56,972 nucleotides of DNA from an uncultured Gammaproteobacteria bacterium (GCA_963924875.1 CAWUSX010000007.1:1-56972); one strand, 5' to 3'; counted from the first letter of the stretch, positions 1 through 11,027 are shown. Numbers and translations: made by a program. The notes: generated from the sequence alone by a model not told the origin.

Positions 1-1060
1 GTTTTTCGATTTCTGGCCATCCACCTGCATTATTAATAATTTGTTCCACCATTAATGCCACATGACTATTACACGCATTAAGTGCAGGAACATATTCAAA
101 GCGCTCGCCTCCTGCCTGTAAAAAATCATGCCTACCCTCAATCGCAATTTCTTCTAATGTTTCCAAACAATCGATAGAAAAACCCGGACACACAACGGTA
201 ATATTTTTAATACCCTCTTTGGGTAATTCAACTAATCGTTTTGCTACATAAGGCTGCAACCATTCGGCCTTACCAAACCGAGACTGAAAGGCCATTTCCC
301 ATTGATCATTTTTCAAATTTAGTTCTTCTGCAAGAAGTCGTGCTGTTTTATGGCAATGACAAAAATACGGATCGCCTGTTGTAAGCGTTGATTTCGGCAT
401 ACCATGAAATGAAATAAATAATTTATGTGATTCATTTATTTTCTGACCCGTAACCTCCCAGTTGGACCTGATAGATTGTGCGAGCGCTTTAATATAAGCA
501 GGATCGTCATGATATGGGCCTAGTAACCTTAGCTCTGGCACCCAGCGCCATTTTGTTAGGCATTTAAACACCGCATCCGCCACTGATCCCGTAGTCGCAC
601 CAGAATATTGCGGATATAACGGCAACACCATAATTCGTTCTGCGCCATCTGCAGATAACGCGGTTAAACCTTGCTCAATTGAAGGTGAGCCATAGCGCAT
701 CGCCATTCGGACATTACATTTTCCAGGTAATGTCTCTGCTAATTTCATGCTAATTTTTTCTGCAAGCTCTGTAGTACCCGCCATAAGTGGTGAGCCTTTA
801 TCGCTCCACACTTTCTGATATGCCTTTGCCGATTTAGCAGGCCTGACACGTAAAATGATGCCATGCAGAATGAGCTTCCATACGAATTTTGGAATTTCAA
901 TCACACGGGGATCGGAAAGAAACTCTGCAAGATAACGCCTTACCGATGATGCCGTAGGTTGCTCTGGCGTGCCTAAATTAACCAGCAAAACCCCCATGGA
1001 GGCTCTTCTGCCGTGCTGGAAATTCGCCTGACCTAGATACCTTTTCCCCTGATAGCTCAT
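1..1060 (-). CDS. hemH: Ferrochelatase (3' end runs off the window edge)
   Basis: Manual translation from ATG 1060: MSYQGKRYLGQANFQHG...GVLLVNLGTPEQPTASSVRRYLAEFLSDPRVIEIP; later LPLYPQYSGATTGS, FQSRFGKAEWLQPY, CPGFSIDCLETLEEI. Absent from the ORF track because no stop lies inside the window. Confidence 0.93.
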   Translation of the reverse strand, partial: MSYQGKRYLGQANFQHGRRASMGVLLVNLGTPEQPTASSVRRYLAEFLSDPRVIEIPKFVWKLILHGIILRVRPAKSAKAYQKVWSDKGSPLMAGTTELAEKISMKLAETLPGKCNVRMAMRYGSPSIEQGLTALSADGAERIMVLPLYPQYSGATTGSVADAVFKCLTKWRWVPELRLLGPYHDDPAYIKALAQSIRSNWEVTGQKINESHKLFISFHGMPKSTLTTGDPYFCHCHKTARLLAEELNLKNDQWEMAFQSRFGKAEWLQPYVAKRLVELPKEGIKNITVVCPGFSIDCLETLEEIAIEGRHDFLQAGGERFEYVPALNACNSHVALMVEQIINNAGGWPEIEK

Positions 1061-1167
1061 ATCTGACGGTTGTTTATCTGTCACTTGTTTATTCACACGT
1101 ATCTGCCTTGTTTTGAGCCTTGAGAAAGCGTTTAATCCACTTAGATAAGAAAATCCTGCACATCAAA

Positions 1168-1228
1168 CTTGTACAATGATTAAAAGATTATACTTAATAC
1201 TTGTACAGGTCAATTATTCTTGTACAAT
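1168..1228. promoter_or_regulatory. Divergent hemH/litR promoter region with three CTTGTACA boxes (candidate LitR/CarH operator)
   Basis: CTTGTACA at 1168, 1200 and 1219; TTGTAC(1201-1206)-16 bp-TACAAT(1223-1228) fits a sigma70 promoter overlapping two of the boxes. Confidence 0.55.
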
Positions 1229-1234
1229 AAAACC

Positions 1235-2269
1235 ATGAAAAACCATAAGACAATGAATAATAAGATACTAAATAGCGCAGTTGAAACCAACTCAAGTGCT
1301 GATCTTGAGCGATTCCCTATTAGAATTCTGTCCGAGAAGACATCGGTAGGAACATCAACTTTGAGGGCATGGGAGCGAAGATATGGACTTTTAACGCCAG
1401 AAAGGACTCCAAAAGGTCATCGTTTATATAATAATAATGATTATAAGCGGGTGCTTAAAATTATTGATCTGCTTAATGACGGCCACTCTCTACCGTCAAT
1501 TACAAAGATGTTGCTTACAGACAAAACCTCTACAAATACATATCAGGCATCTTCCGACAGCGATAACGCTTCAGGCAATAATCTGTCCTCTATGCACAGC
1601 GTATGGGACGGTTTCATACAAAAAACACTAGAAGCCAGCAGTGATTTTAGTATTGAAAGGATAGACGCAATTTATAACGAAGCCTCCTCCTTATACCCGA
1701 TTGATATGGTGACAGACCGCCTCATTCAACCAGTAATAAGCCAACTAGGTAAAGCCTGGATTGAACACCCCGAAGGCGGTATCGCCGAAGAGCACTTTTA
1801 TACTAGCTGGCTAAAAAATCGCCTTGGTGCGCGTTTTCATCACTCCTATTCACATGCCAGTGGTACACGAATCATCTGTGCCTGTGTACCTGGCTCATAC
1901 CATGAAATTGGACTCATGTTATTTGCTTTATCGGCCATGGCGCGAGGCTATAGAGTTTTATATTTTGGTGCCGATTTACCGTTTAACCAACTTAGCTATA
2001 TTGTGCAACGCTCGGCAGCAAAAGCGGTTGTACTTGGTGCACAAACTCAAATGGACACAAACGTAAATAATGAATTAACAGACGTAATCACAGATATTAA
2101 AGCGCCCATATTTGTAGGTGGTTCAGATAAATTAATCGATGCAGAAAAGTTTGAATCGGCAGGTGGAATACTACTTGGCTCTAATATATCTGTAGCCCTA
2201 CGCGTATTTGAAAGTCACGTGACAGCTTATCCTGCCTCTCGAAACCCTAACACCTCACAAGAGGAATAA
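1235..2269 (+). CDS. litR: MerR-family cobalamin-binding photoregulator (LitR/CarH type)
   Basis: MerR HTH (TLRAWERRYGLLTPERTPKGHRLY), helical bundle W...EEH (AWIEHPEGGIAEEH), B12 Rossmann motif (PGSYHEIG...GYRVLYFGADLP); directly upstream of photolyase. Start ATG 1235 or 1253. Confidence 0.85.
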   Translation: MKNHKTMNNKILNSAVETNSSADLERFPIRILSEKTSVGTSTLRAWERRYGLLTPERTPKGHRLYNNNDYKRVLKIIDLLNDGHSLPSITKMLLTDKTSTNTYQASSDSDNASGNNLSSMHSVWDGFIQKTLEASSDFSIERIDAIYNEASSLYPIDMVTDRLIQPVISQLGKAWIEHPEGGIAEEHFYTSWLKNRLGARFHHSYSHASGTRIICACVPGSYHEIGLMLFALSAMARGYRVLYFGADLPFNQLSYIVQRSAAKAVVLGAQTQMDTNVNNELTDVITDIKAPIFVGGSDKLIDAEKFESAGGILLGSNISVALRVFESHVTAYPASRNPNTSQEE

Positions 2270-2270
2270 G

Positions 2271-3647
2271 ATGAATACCCTGCTCTGGTTACAACGCGAT
2301 TTACGCGTGCATAATAATCCTGCACTGGAGTGGGCTTTAGAGCAAGGTACCCCTGTTATCGCTGTATACATTTATAGCCCACAAGAAGATACACCCTGGT
2401 CTGAAGGCGCGGCATCAAGATGGTGGCTACATCACAGCCTGAGTAAACTTGCAAATAGCTTATTAGAATTAAATATCAAACTGCATTTCGTTAAGGCGAA
2501 TTCAGTAGACAGCATAGAAAAATGGGTAAACAAATATAATATAGATTCCGTGGTGTGGACAAATAGAGTTGAGCCAAACCGCGTTATATGTGAAACAAAA
2601 ATAGTAAACAAACTAAATGCTAAAAACATCACTGTAAAACGCCTTACTAATGGATTATTACAAAACCCAGCAGACTTTTTAACCGCTAGTAAACAAACAC
2701 CTTATAGAGTCTTCACGCCGTTTTATCGAAAGCTTCGCAGTGAATTAAACTTTTCAGATTTTTATTCACATAGCACTCAGGTAAAAAAATGCGCACCTTG
2801 TTTAGAAAAAATAAATTTAAATAGCGTCGATTCATTAAATAAATTAGGCCTACTGGACACGCATAACTGGCATTCTAAGTTACATCAATATTGGACACCC
2901 GGTGAGGATGCCGCGCATATCAGGCTGGATGATTTTATCGACGAAAAAATATTAGATTATATTTCATCTCGTGATTTTCCTGCTATTGATGCCACTTCAA
3001 CGCTTTCACCACACTTACATTTTGGTGAAATAAGCCTGTCACAAGTTGTTACCGCTTTAATTCCTTTATTGGAATATAAAAACAGAAACTATGCAGAGGC
3101 CGCCGAGGCTTTTCTACGCCAGCTTATCTGGCGAGAATATGCACAATACATTATGTATCACTTCCCGCATACCGCCCTGCAAGCAATGAATGAAAAATTC
3201 CATGACGCTTTCTGGAAAGACGATAAAGAGAGCTTAAAAAAATGGCAACACGGAAATACCGGCATTCTTCTCGTCGATGCGGGAATGAAGCAGCTATGGG
3301 AAACCGGCAGTATGCATAATCGTGTGCGCATGTTAGTTGCGTCACTACTCACAAAAAATATGGGCATTCACTGGCAACATGGCGCGCGCTGGTTTTGGGA
3401 CACCCTGGTCGATGCAGATCTTGCAAACAACAGCATGGGCTGGCAATGGGTAGCCGGCTGCGGTGTAGATGCTGCACCCTATTTTAGAATATTCAATCCT
3501 GATACGCAGTCTAAAAAGTTTGATAAAAAAAATGAATATTCTAATTTATGGTTGCACGATAACGATTTCACTAATCGTCCAATTGTAGACCTCAGTGCTA
3601 GTCGTAAAGAGGCACTTGAACGTTACTCTATTTATATAAAGCAATAG
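2271..3647 (+). CDS. phrB: Deoxyribodipyrimidine (CPD) photolyase, class III-like
   Basis: WLQRDLRVHNNPAL, TSTLSPHLHFGEIS, MHNRVRMLVASLLTKN, WFWDTLVDADLANN, WQWVAGCGVDAAPYFRIFNP. Confidence 0.95.
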   Translation: MNTLLWLQRDLRVHNNPALEWALEQGTPVIAVYIYSPQEDTPWSEGAASRWWLHHSLSKLANSLLELNIKLHFVKANSVDSIEKWVNKYNIDSVVWTNRVEPNRVICETKIVNKLNAKNITVKRLTNGLLQNPADFLTASKQTPYRVFTPFYRKLRSELNFSDFYSHSTQVKKCAPCLEKINLNSVDSLNKLGLLDTHNWHSKLHQYWTPGEDAAHIRLDDFIDEKILDYISSRDFPAIDATSTLSPHLHFGEISLSQVVTALIPLLEYKNRNYAEAAEAFLRQLIWREYAQYIMYHFPHTALQAMNEKFHDAFWKDDKESLKKWQHGNTGILLVDAGMKQLWETGSMHNRVRMLVASLLTKNMGIHWQHGARWFWDTLVDADLANNSMGWQWVAGCGVDAAPYFRIFNPDTQSKKFDKKNEYSNLWLHDNDFTNRPIVDLSASRKEALERYSIYIKQ

Positions 3648-3668
3648 CATTAAAAGGAAGAATGACGC

Positions 3669-3839
3669 ATGAACATAAAGTTGAACAATCAAAACACCGC
3701 CAGTAATATTGATCAATCGGAAGCCAATCGTCTGCCATGCAGAGGCGGCACTATAAACTGCGCTAACTATAAAATATGTAACTGAAAACCCTGGCGTTTA
3801 CCAGAAAATAGCCAACTTATAAAGGCAGATAATAAATGA
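3669..3839 (+). pseudogene. Small Cys-containing ORF with an internal TGA
   Basis: AAGGA RBS, then MNIKLNNQNTASNIDQSEANRLPCRGGTINCANYKICN*KPWRLPENSQLIKADNK*; TGA at 3783-3785. Confidence 0.35.
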
Positions 3840-3955
3840 TACTTACTATTTTTTACGATAGCCAATGTCCTCTATGCATGAGTGAGATGGATTTATTAAA
3901 AAAGCACAATCATAATAATCATCTCAAATTAGTCGACCTTCATCATGAAGAGTTA

Positions 3956-5791
3956 TCAGGGAAGCGTATACATTATGGGTAACAGGAAGGATAAACCCAG
4001 CCAGACGATGATGGTTAGTGGGATACCGACACGCACAAAATCCATAAACGTGTAACCGCCTGCATTCATCACCAGCAAGTTTGTTTTATATGCCATGGGT
4101 GTTGCATAACTCATATTGGCACCGAACAGCACGGCGATAACGAAGGGTTCCGGATTTACCTGAAGTTGCTGCGCGATACTGATGGCAATGGGGGTGCCGA
4201 TAACGGCTGCGGCATTGTTGGAAACTATATTGGTCATGATGGCCATCAATAACATCAGCCCCGACAGAATAACTGCCGGTGATGCGCCGCTGGTGACGGC
4301 AACGAACACCTGCGCCAGGTACTCGGCGCCGCCGGTTTTTAATAGTGCTGAGCCCAGTGCCAAACTCGCCACCACGATTAATATGACCTGGGTGCTGAGT
4401 GCCTTGGAGGCATGGCGCCATGACAGGCAGCGGGTTATTAACATTACAAACACACCACACACGGCACTGATGGCAATGGGTGCCAGCCCGAACGCAGCAA
4501 AGATGACGATGCCTGCCATGATGATTAATGCGGTGGATGCCTTGTCGGTGTGTGGCAGGTCTGCAGTGGCATCCAGCACCAGTAATTTACCCGCACGTTT
4601 GGTCTCTACAATATTTTCAGTGTGCCCCTGTACCAGCAAGATATCCCCTGTGCGCAGCCGGACCTGTTCTATTTTCTCGCGCAAGGTTTCCAGTGTGATG
4701 CCCGCACGGGATATCGCCAGTACCAGCAACTGGTAACGCTCGGAAAAGTTTAGCTGCCGCAGCGTCATGCCCTGCAAGGGCGAACCCTGCACGACGATAA
4801 TTTCGGCCATCTGCTGGCCTTCGCCGGACAAGGGATTTTCCTCATCAACCGCGGTATCACCGACATATAACATGGCACCGAGTGCGCTTTCGAATTCTTT
4901 GAGATTATCCGGGGTGTCGCTGACTAATAATCTGTCAGCGGCGCGAATATGCGCATCCGGTAGTGGCTGAATGAAGGTATTACTGTCACGCATAATGCGC
5001 GACACGGCCATAATACCGCCGGCTTTTTCGATGACTTCTGCCAGCGTTTTGTCGACGGCAAAGCTGTCCTCTGGAATGGCCAGTTGTGCGGCAAATATTC
5101 TCGGTGAGCTATCGCTAAGTCTGGCCTGCCTTGCCGGTAACAGTAATGGTGCAATCAACCACAGGTACACAATGGCAATACAGGCAACGATGGCTGCGGG
5201 GATAAAAAAATCAAACATCTCTATTTTACGCAGCCCCATGTCTGCAGCCACCGACACCACCAGCAGATTGGTGGAGGTGCCGATACTCGTGCTCATGCCC
5301 CCAACCAGTGTCGCAAATCCCATGGGCATTAACATACCGGAAGACGATGCACCGGTGCGCAATGACACACTGATGAGTATCGGCAACAATAATACGACGA
5401 TGGGAACATTGTTAACGAAGGCGCTGAGGAAGGCACCAATAATGAGTGTTAGCAACATGCTAAGCGCTGGACTCAACTTCCACAAACGCGCGAGATTACG
5501 CCCGAGTGGTTCGAGTGCACCGGTGCGCACCAGACCACTGCCGGCGATCATCAATGCGCACACAGCCACCAGTGCCTCGTGACCAAAGCCACTGAAAAAA
5601 TCCACCGCCTCAATGTGTTCACCCTGCGGCGTAACATAGGGAAATGCAACAAAGCCGCTGGTGAGTAACACCAGTATAAAAAGGCTGGAGGTTTCAATAG
5701 CAATTTTTTCCCGGCTAAACAACACAAGTGCAAGCACAACTAGCGCAAGTACAGCCAGAGCATGGGGTTCGGGCATGGGTGGAAAATTCAT
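3956..5791 (-). CDS. SLC13/CitMHS-family permease with two TrkA-C (RCK_C) domains
   Basis: SAFVNNVPIV, TSIGTSTNLLV, TNIVSNNAAAVI, SYATPMAYKTNLLV motifs; soluble central region flanked by hydrophobic domains. Confidence 0.9.
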   Translation of the reverse strand: MNFPPMPEPHALAVLALVVLALVLFSREKIAIETSSLFILVLLTSGFVAFPYVTPQGEHIEAVDFFSGFGHEALVAVCALMIAGSGLVRTGALEPLGRNLARLWKLSPALSMLLTLIIGAFLSAFVNNVPIVVLLLPILISVSLRTGASSSGMLMPMGFATLVGGMSTSIGTSTNLLVVSVAADMGLRKIEMFDFFIPAAIVACIAIVYLWLIAPLLLPARQARLSDSSPRIFAAQLAIPEDSFAVDKTLAEVIEKAGGIMAVSRIMRDSNTFIQPLPDAHIRAADRLLVSDTPDNLKEFESALGAMLYVGDTAVDEENPLSGEGQQMAEIIVVQGSPLQGMTLRQLNFSERYQLLVLAISRAGITLETLREKIEQVRLRTGDILLVQGHTENIVETKRAGKLLVLDATADLPHTDKASTALIIMAGIVIFAAFGLAPIAISAVCGVFVMLITRCLSWRHASKALSTQVILIVVASLALGSALLKTGGAEYLAQVFVAVTSGASPAVILSGLMLLMAIMTNIVSNNAAAVIGTPIAISIAQQLQVNPEPFVIAVLFGANMSYATPMAYKTNLLVMNAGGYTFMDFVRVGIPLTIIVWLGLSFLLPIMYTLP

Positions 5792-6041
5792 TGCCTGTAG
5801 TTACCTTTAATTATAATTATTATTTGCATAAGAGCATTTAGACAAACTGCAATTATTTAAATCTTCTTCAATACTTTACTGAAACCTGGTGGCATAATTT
5901 AAACTTTTTTCAAAAACGTAATTTTCTACTCAGACAAATAGTGAATGTATTTATGTGCTTAAGTTTTTAATCATAGCTCAAATTAAAATCTGTTAAACTG
6001 AATGTCTAATTAATTACTTCTTATAGCTACCCCTGAAACCT

Positions 6042-6920
6042 TCACTGGCTTAACGCTTCGAAACCTGAGATCACATCAAACAATTCTTCATCAATACCAT
6101 TCTGACGCAATCGATAAAACGTTCGATTAAGATCCCCCTGCAGTTCATCGATATTTTTCTCTGCGCGCTGCATCGCTGCAAGTCGGCTGGCATTTTCACT
6201 GGCCAGTGATTCGGCACATGCTCTGAAAAGAGATACAAATAAATATTCACGCATTAATGCCCGCAGTGTTTTCTCCCTGTTATTAACAAGCTCAGGTAAA
6301 TTTTTAGTTGGCCATTTTATATTAGATATTTTATCTCGCCATGATTCATCTAACGGCAACAGCCTATGACTGACTGGTGTATAAATTGAATCAGACTGCG
6401 GACGATTATAAAAAATATATACCTGATCAAATACACCCTGTTCCCGTTGCGCCTCCATTTCAATTAAAATTTGCCCAACCAGAGAGGTAATGGCATTAAT
6501 AGAATTTGGTAAAACAAAACCTTCCCGTGGTACAAGATTCGTCTCCTCCAGGCGCGATTGAATTCGTTCACCAACGGCCCAGACTATTTTGTTTCCCGGG
6601 ATTTTATCAAGCGTGTTTACGGCGAACTCCACCATTAACTCATTGAATTGTCCAACCAGGCCCTGATCAGAACCAAACACAATCACACCCGTCGTCCTGC
6701 TTTCTGCCTGATACATATTTGCTGTTACAGATTGCGCATCCTGCTGAAAACAGGCCGCGAGACCCATTTGTACTGTGTGATAATAATCGTCCAGAGAACG
6801 CACTGCAGTTTCATATTGCCCGATACTGGATGCGGCTATCGCCTTCATTGTACTCACAACTGATTCGAGATCTTCAGCACTGGCAATTTTATGTCGCAGA
6901 CTGGCGAGGCTATCACTCAT
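6042..6920 (-). CDS. atpG: N-ATPase gamma subunit
   Basis: VVSTMKAIAAS, FGSDQGLVGQFN, ASENASRLAAMQRAEKNI, RQNGIDEELFDVISGF; TAATG overlap with atpA. Confidence 0.95.
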   Translation of the reverse strand: MSDSLASLRHKIASAEDLESVVSTMKAIAASSIGQYETAVRSLDDYYHTVQMGLAACFQQDAQSVTANMYQAESRTTGVIVFGSDQGLVGQFNELMVEFAVNTLDKIPGNKIVWAVGERIQSRLEETNLVPREGFVLPNSINAITSLVGQILIEMEAQREQGVFDQVYIFYNRPQSDSIYTPVSHRLLPLDESWRDKISNIKWPTKNLPELVNNREKTLRALMREYLFVSLFRACAESLASENASRLAAMQRAEKNIDELQGDLNRTFYRLRQNGIDEELFDVISGFEALSQ

Positions 6921-8482
6921 TATTTATCCGTCACCTGCTCTTCAACGTTATAGCTTGCCAGCGCATCGCGGGCATTCTGCACAATGCAGGCGCGATCTTC
7001 GTCAGTTAATTTTTTACTACTTGCAAATCGCGCAGACACATCCGCTGGAATATCTGCTGTCGCCAGGCGCACGGCATTTTCAGCCGCGGTCATTTGTTCC
7101 AGTGGTATGACATCAAATAATTCTTCCGCCAGTGCGAGTAATACCGCAATTTGCTCTATCACGGAAACCGGTGAGAATTCTGGCTGTTTAAGACAGGCGC
7201 GAATGCGTCGTCCATGTTCGAGTATTTTTCGAGTATTTTCATCCAGTCGCGCGCCAAAGCGGGCAAAGGTTTCCAGTTCCTCAAACTGTGCATACGCCAG
7301 TTTAAGATCTGCGGCTACCGCACGATATGCCGCACGTTGTGCCTTACCGCCCACACGTGAAACCGATTTACCCACATCAACGGCAGGCAGCACACCCAGC
7401 TCAAACAATGAAGGTGAAAGATAAATCTGCCCATCCGTAATCGATATCAGGTTTGTTGGAATATACGCGGAAATATCCTGTGCCTCTGTTTCGATAATCG
7501 GCAGTGCGGTTAACGAGCCACCACCAAGCTCCTCACGTAAGTGGGTTGCGCGTTCCAGCAAGCGTGAGTGAATATAAAAAATATCACCGGGGAATGCCTC
7601 GCGTCCGGGTGGACGACGTAATAGCAGCGAAAGCTCACGATAGGCGCGCGCATGATGTGTAAGGTCATCATATACAACCAGTACATCTCGACCCTGCTGC
7701 ATAAAAAATTCTGCGATACTGGTTGCTGCATAGGGTGCGATGTATGCAAGCCCGGGCGGATCATTACCTTCGGTAACTACAACTACGGTATATTCCAACG
7801 CACCCTGTTCGCGTAAAGTTGCAATCACTTTGGCGACACCAGAAGCGCGTTGACCAATCGCACAATACACACACAACACATTCTGCTCACGTTGATTGAG
7901 TATCGTATCCAGTGCGATGGCCGTCTTGCCCGTTTGGCGATCACCAAGAATTAATTCACGCTGTCCGCGACCGACAGGAATCAATGCGTCGATGACTTTT
8001 ATACCTGTTTGCAAAGGTACGGTAACTGGCGCACGATCCATTATCGGTGGTGAAGGACGTTCAACAGGTAAACGCGCACTGGAAACCAGCCTGCCCTTAC
8101 CATCCAGAGGCTCCCCCATCGGATTAATAATACGCCCGATAAGTCCATCGCCTACGGGCACATCAACGACATGCCCGCGGCGTTCAACTTTATCACCCGC
8201 CTGTAAGTGCCAGTATTCGCCGAGTAACACCACACCAACTTCGTCTTCATCAACATTGAAAGCAATACCGTAGATATCATCCTTGTTATTACCAGGAAAT
8301 CTCAGCACCTCTTCAAATCCAACGCCCGGCAAACCGGATACTTTTGCAATACCCGTTGAGATACTGGTTATGCTACCGACTTCCATTGGTTTTAATTTTG
8401 GCGTAAAACAATCAAGCGCTTCACGCATCTGTGAAAATGCGCTATTAAAAGAACCCTGCAGGCTGTCGGTTTCGTTATTCAT
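6920..8482 (-). CDS. atpA: N-ATPase alpha subunit
   Basis: [55 protein letters not shown]. Confidence 0.97.
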   Translation of the reverse strand: MNNETDSLQGSFNSAFSQMREALDCFTPKLKPMEVGSITSISTGIAKVSGLPGVGFEEVLRFPGNNKDDIYGIAFNVDEDEVGVVLLGEYWHLQAGDKVERRGHVVDVPVGDGLIGRIINPMGEPLDGKGRLVSSARLPVERPSPPIMDRAPVTVPLQTGIKVIDALIPVGRGQRELILGDRQTGKTAIALDTILNQREQNVLCVYCAIGQRASGVAKVIATLREQGALEYTVVVVTEGNDPPGLAYIAPYAATSIAEFFMQQGRDVLVVYDDLTHHARAYRELSLLLRRPPGREAFPGDIFYIHSRLLERATHLREELGGGSLTALPIIETEAQDISAYIPTNLISITDGQIYLSPSLFELGVLPAVDVGKSVSRVGGKAQRAAYRAVAADLKLAYAQFEELETFARFGARLDENTRKILEHGRRIRACLKQPEFSPVSVIEQIAVLLALAEELFDVIPLEQMTAAENAVRLATADIPADVSARFASSKKLTDEDRACIVQNARDALASYNVEEQVTDK

Positions 8483-8487
8483 TGATG

Positions 8488-9294
8488 TTATTCATTATTG
8501 TTTTTATCGCTTACTTCCGCTGTTAGCTGTGAGCGCCCATCACTCTTCAACAGGTGATCTACACTGCCTGCCAGTTGCGCGAGATAATTATCAATACTCC
8601 AGCCAATCTTATGACCCTCTGTACTGATCTCAATACCACTCACCAGATCAGCTGCGGTCACAAATTCAATCTGTTTGTGTTCTCCAAGTATTTCCCCGAT
8701 TGCCGTTTCTATCGACACCTTCTGCTCGGCTGACAAATCAAATGCGCTGTGAATCAGCAGTGCCTGAGTTGATGACTTAAAGGTAGATTTCAATTCAGCC
8801 ATTTCTTCATTATTGAGTTCACGCAAACGTTTAATAAAAATATCCGTCATGCGTTCCTCAAGCGAACTATCTGCGAGGTCAGTGAGTGCCTTACGTGCAA
8901 TCGCGAACACCTCATCCCTCGCCTGATGTGTGACTGCATCATGCAGGCTGTGTTGTTCATTTAATAAAGCCTGTTGTTGTTTAGCGCGTAAATCTTCAGA
9001 CTCCTGGCGCGCAATTTCGAGTAACCGCTGATGTTCAACCTTCGCCTCATCAATGGCTTTATTAAGATAATTATTTCGTTGCTTTTCAAACTCTGTATTT
9101 TTTTTCTGGAATTCCTTACGTTGCTTTTCTGCCTGCGTCATTTTTTCAGCGGCATCTGCAAGCTCTGTCGCAATGCGTTGCTCACGCGCATCAATCGCAT
9201 TAAGTATGGGCTGATATAAAAATCGTTTTAGCAACCATACCAAAATCAGAAAATTAATGAGCTGTGCAATAATCGTAAACCAGTCGATTAACAT
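8488..9294 (-). CDS. atpF: N-ATPase b subunit with delta-like C-terminal extension
   Basis: [30 protein letters not shown], coiled coil, extended C-terminus (LVSGIEI...WSIDNYL); no separate atpH. Confidence 0.93.
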   Translation of the reverse strand: MLIDWFTIIAQLINFLILVWLLKRFLYQPILNAIDAREQRIATELADAAEKMTQAEKQRKEFQKKNTEFEKQRNNYLNKAIDEAKVEHQRLLEIARQESEDLRAKQQQALLNEQHSLHDAVTHQARDEVFAIARKALTDLADSSLEERMTDIFIKRLRELNNEEMAELKSTFKSSTQALLIHSAFDLSAEQKVSIETAIGEILGEHKQIEFVTAADLVSGIEISTEGHKIGWSIDNYLAQLAGSVDHLLKSDGRSQLTAEVSDKNNNE

Positions 9295-9297
9295 GAC

Positions 9298-9579
9298 TTA
9301 TTTTCCTGCTACCTGAGCGAGAGCGAAATTCCAGAATGGATTGGCAAACAACAAAATCATCGAAACCACAAAACAGTAAATAGCGGTCGATTCAATCATT
9401 GCCAGACCAACAAACAGCGTGCGCGTTATGGTGGCAGATGCATCAGGTTGTTGCGCCAGAGAGCTAAGTGCTACAGCTACTGCCTTACCTTCACCCAGTG
9501 AAGGCCCAATAACACCGATAGCGATAGTCAGGCCTGCCGTAATAATGGATACGACGGCGATAATTGTCATGCTGTCCAT
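9298..9579 (-). CDS. atpE: N-ATPase c subunit
   Basis: Two hydrophobic helices, GPSLGEGKA, QQPD loop, AMIESTAIY. Confidence 0.96.
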   Translation of the reverse strand: MDSMTIIAVVSIITAGLTIAIGVIGPSLGEGKAVAVALSSLAQQPDASATITRTLFVGLAMIESTAIYCFVVSMILLFANPFWNFALAQVAGK

Positions 9580-9613
9580 GGGTTTTCCTTTAATAATTTA
9601 AATAGTTGTTTCA

Positions 9614-10318
9614 TTAGTTTGCTTCAGATTTTGATTCGGGCAGAGGATCAAGCTTACGCACCCGAGTGGCCGCAGCAATGTACACCGTTGCCAGAATGAA
9701 AAAGATATAGGCCTGCACTACACCGGTAAGTAATCCCAACGCAGTCATCACAATAGGAAATAGAAAAGGCGTAATACTAAGTAAAATACCAATAATCATT
9801 GCGCCACTCATCATATTACCAAACAAGCGTACCGCCAGCGCGAGGGTTCGCGAAAGCTCACTGATAATATTAAATGGCAACATAATGAAAGTCGGCTGAA
9901 TATAAGAATACAGATAGCGCTTCAAACCCTTTTCCTGAATACCAAACATGGGTACCGCTACCAACACGCACAAAGCCAGTGCCGCTGTACTGGAAAGCGA
10001 TCCAGTGGGTGGTTCAAAACCGGGTATCACTGTGCCAATGGCGGAAATAACGATAAACAAAAAAAGTGAGCCCAGAAAACCAAGATACTTATGTGGATGA
10101 CTTAAGCCAACGTCTTCTATTTGTTTGTTGATTGTAATAACGACCATCTCCAGCAAGTTTTGCCAGCGCGAGCGTTGTAAATCAGTTTTTAGTTTTCGCG
10201 TAATAAGAATTGAACCAACAACCAGCAGCAACATCACGGCCCAGGTAAAAACAATAGTCGCGTTGAGTTTTAAAAAACCCATTTGCCAGTAAATAATTTC
10301 GTCGGGACTAAGCTGCAT
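9614..10318 (-). CDS. atpB: N-ATPase a subunit
   Basis: ELSRTLALAVRLFGNM, QAYIFFILATVYI; likely start MQLSPDE at 10318. Confidence 0.94.
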   Translation of the reverse strand: MQLSPDEIIYWQMGFLKLNATIVFTWAVMLLLVVGSILITRKLKTDLQRSRWQNLLEMVVITINKQIEDVGLSHPHKYLGFLGSLFLFIVISAIGTVIPGFEPPTGSLSSTAALALCVLVAVPMFGIQEKGLKRYLYSYIQPTFIMLPFNIISELSRTLALAVRLFGNMMSGAMIIGILLSITPFLFPIVMTALGLLTGVVQAYIFFILATVYIAAATRVRKLDPLPESKSEAN

Positions 10319-10619
10319 AATCGCTCTTCTGTTGCACAGAGTTGGTGTGTTCTTTTTCACGCATAAGTCGCGTAGCAATAATACGCACGAGAATAAAACC
10401 AAGCAGGCCCGCAACTAATCGTTGCCAGCTATCAGCCATAATTAAATACAACCCGAGAATAACAATACCGGTTCGAAATAACAGGCTAAACAAAAACAAA
10501 AGTGCTACATGTTTACTCGTAGCAAGTCGACGTACTGTCCACCAGAGTCCGGCGAAAAAAAACACGCCAAGCAATAATCCTGCGAACAGAGAAAACAGCA
10601 TCTGCAGATAATCAGTCAT
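10308..10619 (-). CDS. atpR: N-ATPase AtpR subunit
   Basis: GLLLGVFFFAGLWWTVRR, SLLFRTG, LLGFILVRI (Arg in membrane helices); sits between atpQ and atpB. Confidence 0.88.
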   Translation of the reverse strand: MTDYLQMLFSLFAGLLLGVFFFAGLWWTVRRLATSKHVALLFLFSLLFRTGIVILGLYLIMADSWQRLVAGLLGFILVRIIATRLMREKEHTNSVQQKSDYAA

Positions 10620-10980
10620 GATTATTTTCATCCTCGTATTGGTGAATTTCCCTGTCTTCTTTATCTATCCAGCGCCAGGCATTGAAGCAACCAAGGCACA
10701 GGCCGGCAACAAGCAACATCAGTGTCCATGAATGCTCAGCCGAATAGTTTTTATCCAGCCACATCCCCAACGCTGCACCGAGTACCGTCGGCATGGCTAT
10801 AGACCAGCCAACCAGACCCATCATACCCAACCCCGACCATACTGTTTTCGTAACATATTTTTGTGCTTTTAGTTTACGCGCTGCCATATCACCAACCTGT
10901 TGGCTAAATTCAGATTCACCAGCGACAGATTTAGGCCTGGGTTTGACTCTGGTTTTGGGTTTTACTTTTTCATCAGTCAT
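10612..10980 (-). CDS. atpQ: N-ATPase AtpQ (AtpZ/AtpI-like)
   Basis: GLGMMGLVGWSIAMPTVLGAALGMWLD...GCFNAWRWI; operon position. Confidence 0.88.
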   Translation of the reverse strand: MTDEKVKPKTRVKPRPKSVAGESEFSQQVGDMAARKLKAQKYVTKTVWSGLGMMGLVGWSIAMPTVLGAALGMWLDKNYSAEHSWTLMLLVAGLCLGCFNAWRWIDKEDREIHQYEDENNHD

Positions 10981-11027
10981 TAACAGCTTGTATCCATTAG
11001 ATTAGATTCACTATGCTTTGTTTACGA

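Noticed and set aside
3783-3785. Selenocysteine at the TGA of the small ORF
   Set aside because: No evident SECIS hairpin follows, and the position fits Gly better than Cys.
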